Below the pieces are notes generated by a model that was given only the letters and a program-made list of their open reading frames with translations, was not told the origin of the DNA and searched no databases. From an uncultured Thermus sp. (GTDB taxonomy: Bacteria > Deinococcota > Deinococci > Deinococcales > Thermaceae), in contig CAMTVD010000004.1 in the NCBI GenBank assembly GCA_947085095.1, forward strand, positions 70,329-134,328: DNA of 64,000 bases, in the 5' to 3' direction. This document shows positions 59,890 through 64,000 of the stretch, piece after piece. The position numbers and the translations under genes are program-made. Position 1 is the stretch's first letter. Every line of letters starts with the position of its first letter.

Positions 59890-62754
59890 TCAAGCCCACT
59901 CCACCCGGCTCCCCGAGGGGTGCTTGCGCACCAAAAGACGGGCTGGGAGCCTTTCCGCCAGGGCCTCCACATGGGTCACGATGCCCACCAGCCGCCCCCG
60001 GGTGGGGAGGGACTCCAAGACCCCCGCCACACCCTCCAGGGCCTCGGGGTCCAGGGTGCCGAAGCCCTCGTCCAGGAAAAGCGCCCCCAGCCGCCCCCGG
60101 GAGAGCTCCTCGGAGAGGGCCAGGGCCAGGGAGAGGCTCGCCAGGAAGCTCTCCCCCCCGGAAAGGGTCTTCACCGGGCGCTCCACCTCGGTCCAGAGGT
60201 CCAGGACCCTGTACTCGTCCCCCCAGGCCCGGAAGCGGTACCGCCCCCCAGAAAGGGTGTAGAGGAGCTCATCCGCCCGCTCCACCAGGCTCCTCTGCCT
60301 CAGGCCCAGGACGTAGGCGGGGAAGCGGTCTTGTTGCAGGTCCAGAGCGAGCTTCTCCCAGATGGCCACCTCCTGCACCGCCTCGGCCAGCCTGGCCTCC
60401 AGCTCCCGGCGACGCCTCAGGGCCTCCCTGAGCTCCGCCGCCTTGGCCTCCAAAACGGCCCCCTCCTCCCCCAGGGCCTTGAGGCGCCCCAGGACCTCCT
60501 CCAGGGCGGTTTGCACCTTCTTGACCTGGGCCTCGGCCTCGAGGAGGGTGAGGGGGGGAAGGGGAGGGAGGGCCTTGAGGAGGGCCTCCACCTCCTTGGC
60601 CTCCTCCTCGTGGCGGCGAAGCCTCTCCTCCAGGGCCCGCCTGGCCTCGGGGGAGAGGGCGTGGGCCTTGGCCTCGGCCTCGGGGAGGAGGCCTTCCACC
60701 CGCGCTCGGGCTTCGGCAAGGGCCTTGACCTGCTCCGCCTCCTGGGCCCTTAGGGCGGAGACCTCCCGGTAAAGCCTCTCCATCTCCTCCCGAAGCCTCC
60801 GCTCCTCCTTCTCCCTGGCCTCCAGGGCCCTGACCTCCTCCTCCAGGCTCCTGAGGTAAGGGGCCACCCCCAAGCCTCCGGTCCTTTCCTGGAGGTGGCG
60901 GTAGAGCCCGGCGCTCAGGGCGGCCTTCTCCTCCCGGAGGCGCCCAAGCCGCTCCTCCACCGCCTCCAAGGAGGCCTCCCCCGCCTGCGCCCGGAGGCGG
61001 GCCTCGTCCTCCCGGAGCTGGTTGACCTCGGCCTCCAGACTCTTTACCCCTCCCTGGAGCTCCTTGTAGATGTCCCGAAGCGCCTGGAGGGCCTCCTCGG
61101 CCTCCTTCAGGGCCTTTTCCAGGGCCTCCGAGTCCCCGGGGATGGGCTCGGCGGCCAGGGCGGCGAGGTTCTTCTCCAGGGTCCGCTTTTCCGCCAGGCC
61201 CTCCCCCCGCTTCCCCTGGACCCGGCGCAGGGCCTCCTCCAGCCCCCGCCTCTTCTCCTCCAGGTCAGGGAGGTCGGGGCGCGGGGGGAGGCGGTGGACC
61301 ACCCCGCCGCACAGAGGGCAGGGCTCGCCCACCTCCAGGAGGTCGTGGTAGGCCAGGAGGCCCAGGCGCCTCTCCTCCCGCCTCAGGGCCTCCAGGGCCT
61401 CCTGGAGCCCCGCCTCTTCCTTTTCCAAGGAGAGAAGCTCTTCCTCCAGGGCCCGCAGGCGCTCCTGGAGGCGGTGGGCCTCCGCCCCCTGCAGACGGGC
61501 CTTGAGGCCCTCCACCTCCTTCCGCCTCTCCCGGCCCGCCTCCTCGGTATGAGAAAGCCTTTGCCGCGTTTCCTCCAGCTGGGCCTCCTTGGCCTTAAGG
61601 CGCCTCCGCACCTCCTCCAGCTGGGAAAGCCCATCCCGGAGCCGCTCAAGCCGCGCCTCCTCGGCCAGGACCTCTTCCAGGCGCTCGGGGGCGAAGCGGG
61701 GGGCGGGGTGGTCCTGCAGGCCCACCCGGCGGAAGAGGGCCTCGAGGCCCTTCAGCTCCTGGGCCCTTAGGAGGGCGTCCCGGGCCTCCTTCAGGGCGGT
61801 GGGGTCAAAGGCCAGGGCCCCCAGGGCCTCCTCCAGCCCCTTGAGGCGGCCCTCGGCCTCCTGGAGGCGGCTCCTTGTAGCGGCGAGGGCCTTCTCCTTC
61901 CGCCTCAGGTCCTCCCAAAGGGGCAGGGCCCTCTCCGCCTCCTCGCCCAGGGCCAGGCGGTGGCGGATTCCCTCCATCTCCTTCGCCTCCGCCACAAGCC
62001 TCGCCCGCCTGGCCTCCAGGAGGGCCTTTTTGCGGAGGCCCTCCAAAGCCTCCTCGGCTTCCCTCTTCCCGGCCTCCAGGCGGGACTTCTCCCCCTCCAG
62101 CCGGGAAAGCTCCTTCCCCAGGGCCAAACGCCTCGCCTCGAGGGCCTCCAAGGCCTCGGGCGTGGCCTCGGCAAGGCCCAAAAGCTCCCCCTCGAGGCGG
62201 CTTTTCTCCTCCTGTAGGCGGGCCTTGGCGCTAGCCGCCCTCTCCCTGGCCCGCTCCAGGCGGGAAAGCCCGAAGAGGTCCATGAGAAGCCCCCGCCTCT
62301 CCCTGGCCTCCCCCTTGAGGAAGCGGTCAAACTCCCCCTGGGGCAGGAGGAGGGCCCGGGTGAAGGCCTCGTAGGAGAGGCCCAGAATCTCCTCAATGGC
62401 CTCGTTGAGGCGGTCCAGGGTCTCCAAGGGGATAAGCCTCTCCCCTTCCGTGAGGTCAAAAAGCCGCCCCTCGCTCTTCCTGCCCCGCACCCTATCCACC
62501 CGGTAGAGGCGGCTTCCCACCTGGAAGGTGAGGCGGACCCGGGCCTCCTGAACCCCTGGGTGGACCAGCTCCTTGACGCTCCTCCCCACCCGGGGCACCA
62601 GGCCGTAAAGGGCGAAGGCCATGGCGTCCAGAAGGGTGCTCTTGCCGCTTCCCGTGGGGCCGGTGATGGCGAAGAGCTCCACGTCGGAGAAGTCCACCCC
62701 CTGCCTTTCCCGGTAGGGGCCGAACCCCTCAAGCTCCAGCCTTAAGGGCCTCAT
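59890..62754 (-). CDS. sbcC: SMC-family ATPase SbcC (Rad50-like)
   Basis: GPTGSGKST, LPQGEF, CPLC zinc hook, LSGGE and FLDEGFG. Confidence 0.94.
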   Translation of the reverse strand: MRPLRLELEGFGPYRERQGVDFSDVELFAITGPTGSGKSTLLDAMAFALYGLVPRVGRSVKELVHPGVQEARVRLTFQVGSRLYRVDRVRGRKSEGRLFDLTEGERLIPLETLDRLNEAIEEILGLSYEAFTRALLLPQGEFDRFLKGEARERRGLLMDLFGLSRLERARERAASAKARLQEEKSRLEGELLGLAEATPEALEALEARRLALGKELSRLEGEKSRLEAGKREAEEALEGLRKKALLEARRARLVAEAKEMEGIRHRLALGEEAERALPLWEDLRRKEKALAATRSRLQEAEGRLKGLEEALGALAFDPTALKEARDALLRAQELKGLEALFRRVGLQDHPAPRFAPERLEEVLAEEARLERLRDGLSQLEEVRRRLKAKEAQLEETRQRLSHTEEAGRERRKEVEGLKARLQGAEAHRLQERLRALEEELLSLEKEEAGLQEALEALRREERRLGLLAYHDLLEVGEPCPLCGGVVHRLPPRPDLPDLEEKRRGLEEALRRVQGKRGEGLAEKRTLEKNLAALAAEPIPGDSEALEKALKEAEEALQALRDIYKELQGGVKSLEAEVNQLREDEARLRAQAGEASLEAVEERLGRLREEKAALSAGLYRHLQERTGGLGVAPYLRSLEEEVRALEAREKEERRLREEMERLYREVSALRAQEAEQVKALAEARARVEGLLPEAEAKAHALSPEARRALEERLRRHEEEAKEVEALLKALPPLPPLTLLEAEAQVKKVQTALEEVLGRLKALGEEGAVLEAKAAELREALRRRRELEARLAEAVQEVAIWEKLALDLQQDRFPAYVLGLRQRSLVERADELLYTLSGGRYRFRAWGDEYRVLDLWTEVERPVKTLSGGESFLASLSLALALSEELSRGRLGALFLDEGFGTLDPEALEGVAGVLESLPTRGRLVGIVTHVEALAERLPARLLVRKHPSGSRVEWA

Positions 62755-63853
62755 CCTCCACCTCCTCCAGCACCTGGGCGAAGCGCATGAGAAGGGCCTC
62801 CTCCTTCCTTCCCTTTTCCTCCAGGTACCGGGCGTAGGCCTCCACGAAGCCGAGCTCCGGCCCGGGGCCGTTCCCGTCCGGAGGCGGGACCTCCCCCGCC
62901 GCCTCTATGGCCAGGAGGCGGGGCAGGGCCTGGTAGAGCCGCTCCTTCTCCTGAGGGGAAAGCCTTCCCTCCACCACCAGGCGCAGGTAGCCGGGGAAGC
63001 GCTCCATCTCGGAAAACCTTCCATCAAGATCCTCGGGTTTGAGGCGGAAGGTCTTTAGGGGCCTCCCCCAGCGCTCCCTTAGGGGGTGGACCCTGGGGGG
63101 CCCGGAGGGGGGAAGCTCCACCAAGAGGGCCCCCCGCTCCGCCTCCTCCCCCTCCCCGAAGTCCAGCTGGACGAGGCTCCCCGGGTACCAGGCCAGGGGG
63201 GCCTCGGAAACCTGCTGCTGGCGATGGATGTGGCCCAGGGCCAGGTACCGGGCGGAGAGGGGCAGGGCCGAAGGGGGGACGGCGTAGCTTCCCGAGAGGT
63301 GGAAAAAGAACTCCCCGCCCCCGGGCCGGACCCCCTCGAGGGCGAAGTGCCCCAGCATCAGGGGGCTTTCCAGGTTGGCCAAAACCCGGCGCATGGCCTC
63401 GGCGTAGGTGCGGTGACGGTCCTCCGCCTCCTGGAGGACCCGCTTTACCAAGACCCGCTCGGACACGAAGGGGAGAAGGGCCGCCCCAAGCCCCCCCACC
63501 TCCACCACCCCGCCTTCTTCCCGGAAAAGGAGCCGGCCCCGCACCTCGGCCCCCGCCAGGGCGAAGAGGGGGGAAAGGGCCTCCAAGCGCTCCTTGGGGT
63601 CGTGGTTCCCGGCGATGACCAAGGCGGGGACCCCAAGCTCCCTCAGGCGGAGGAAAAAGGCCACCGCGTGCCCCTCGGCCTCGGCGGAGACCTGGGGGCG
63701 GTCAAAAAGGTCCCCCGAGACCACCACCAGGTCCACCCGCTCCTTCTCCACGATCTGCAAAAGGGCCTTCAGGGCCTCCCCGATCTCCGGGGTCCGGTCC
63801 ACGCCCTTCAACACCTTTCCCAAATGCCAGTCCGCGGTATGCAATAAGCGCAC
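62729..63853 (-). CDS. sbcD: Nuclease SbcD (Mre11-like)
   Basis: HTADWHLG, GDLFD, GNHD and LGHIH. Confidence 0.94.
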   Translation of the reverse strand: MRLLHTADWHLGKVLKGVDRTPEIGEALKALLQIVEKERVDLVVVSGDLFDRPQVSAEAEGHAVAFFLRLRELGVPALVIAGNHDPKERLEALSPLFALAGAEVRGRLLFREEGGVVEVGGLGAALLPFVSERVLVKRVLQEAEDRHRTYAEAMRRVLANLESPLMLGHFALEGVRPGGGEFFFHLSGSYAVPPSALPLSARYLALGHIHRQQQVSEAPLAWYPGSLVQLDFGEGEEAERGALLVELPPSGPPRVHPLRERWGRPLKTFRLKPEDLDGRFSEMERFPGYLRLVVEGRLSPQEKERLYQALPRLLAIEAAGEVPPPDGNGPGPELGFVEAYARYLEEKGRKEEALLMRFAQVLEEVEDEALKAGA

Positions 63854-63862
63854 GTTTCCATT

Positions 63863-64000
63863 CTAAGTACCCTCCCCCAAGATTTTCAACTCCACACCCC
63901 CCAGGGCCTTGAGGGCCTGAACCACCGCCTCCCTAAGCTCCTCAACCCCCCCGTAGTGCCGCCGAGGCATCAAAAACCCCTTCACCCGCCGCCACACACC
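63863..64000 (-). mobile_element. 3' end of an IS630-family transposase / insertion sequence (partial)
   Basis: Minus-strand translation GVWRRVKGFLMPRRHYGGVEELREAVVQALKALGGVELKILGEGT* resembles the W..K segment after the catalytic Glu of IS630/Tc1 transposases. Codon usage is atypical (TTT TTG GTT AAA ACT) and the stop ends on a TA. Confidence 0.7.

Noticed and set aside
60360..62250. Repetitive CCTCC/GGAGG-rich low-complexity tract
   Set aside because: It is explained by the Glu/Ala/Leu/Arg coiled coil of SbcC and is not a DNA repeat array.
59890..63853. SMC ATPase plus nuclease as an anti-phage or anti-plasmid defence system
   Set aside because: The motifs (zinc hook, Mre11-type phosphoesterase) fit housekeeping SbcCD, and no accessory defence genes are adjacent.

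Overview
This is a high-GC (~70%), densely coding chromosomal window from a Thermus-like bacterium (Deinococcus-Thermus), inferred from the proteins and the -10-only promoter style. It is mostly core genome. Cell envelope: PBP1A, mreCD, PBP2, minC, plsY. Amino-acid biosynthesis: argF/C/J, ilvBNC-leuA-cimA, asd. Translation: tRNA-Gln, ychF, infC-rpmI-rplT, glnS, homodimeric GlyRS, trmJ-like, tlyA. Central metabolism: deoC, fumC, sodA, sucCD, malQ, hbd. Repair and proteostasis: clpC-radA-PIN/TRAM, recG, sbcCD, an M16 peptidase pair. The end of an IS630-like transposase sits at the right edge. No CRISPR array, prophage or rRNA was seen. Most notable observations: (1) a degenerate PlsY domain fused to an acyl-ACP-reductase-like domain, a candidate for making the phylum's alkylamine or long-chain diol lipids; (2) the palindrome CCTCGAGG iterated about once per kb while TCGA is otherwise nearly absent (HIP1-like); (3) a complete Leu/Val/Ile leader-peptide attenuator before ilvB; (4) ultra-compact bidirectional leaderless promoters; (5) an IS630 end apparently inserted at the TA of the sbcD -10 box, forming a hybrid promoter; (6) an internally deleted mini-Uma2 gene; (7) a candidate L20 leader RNA and an AUA start for infC. 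All counts and alignments were done by eye.
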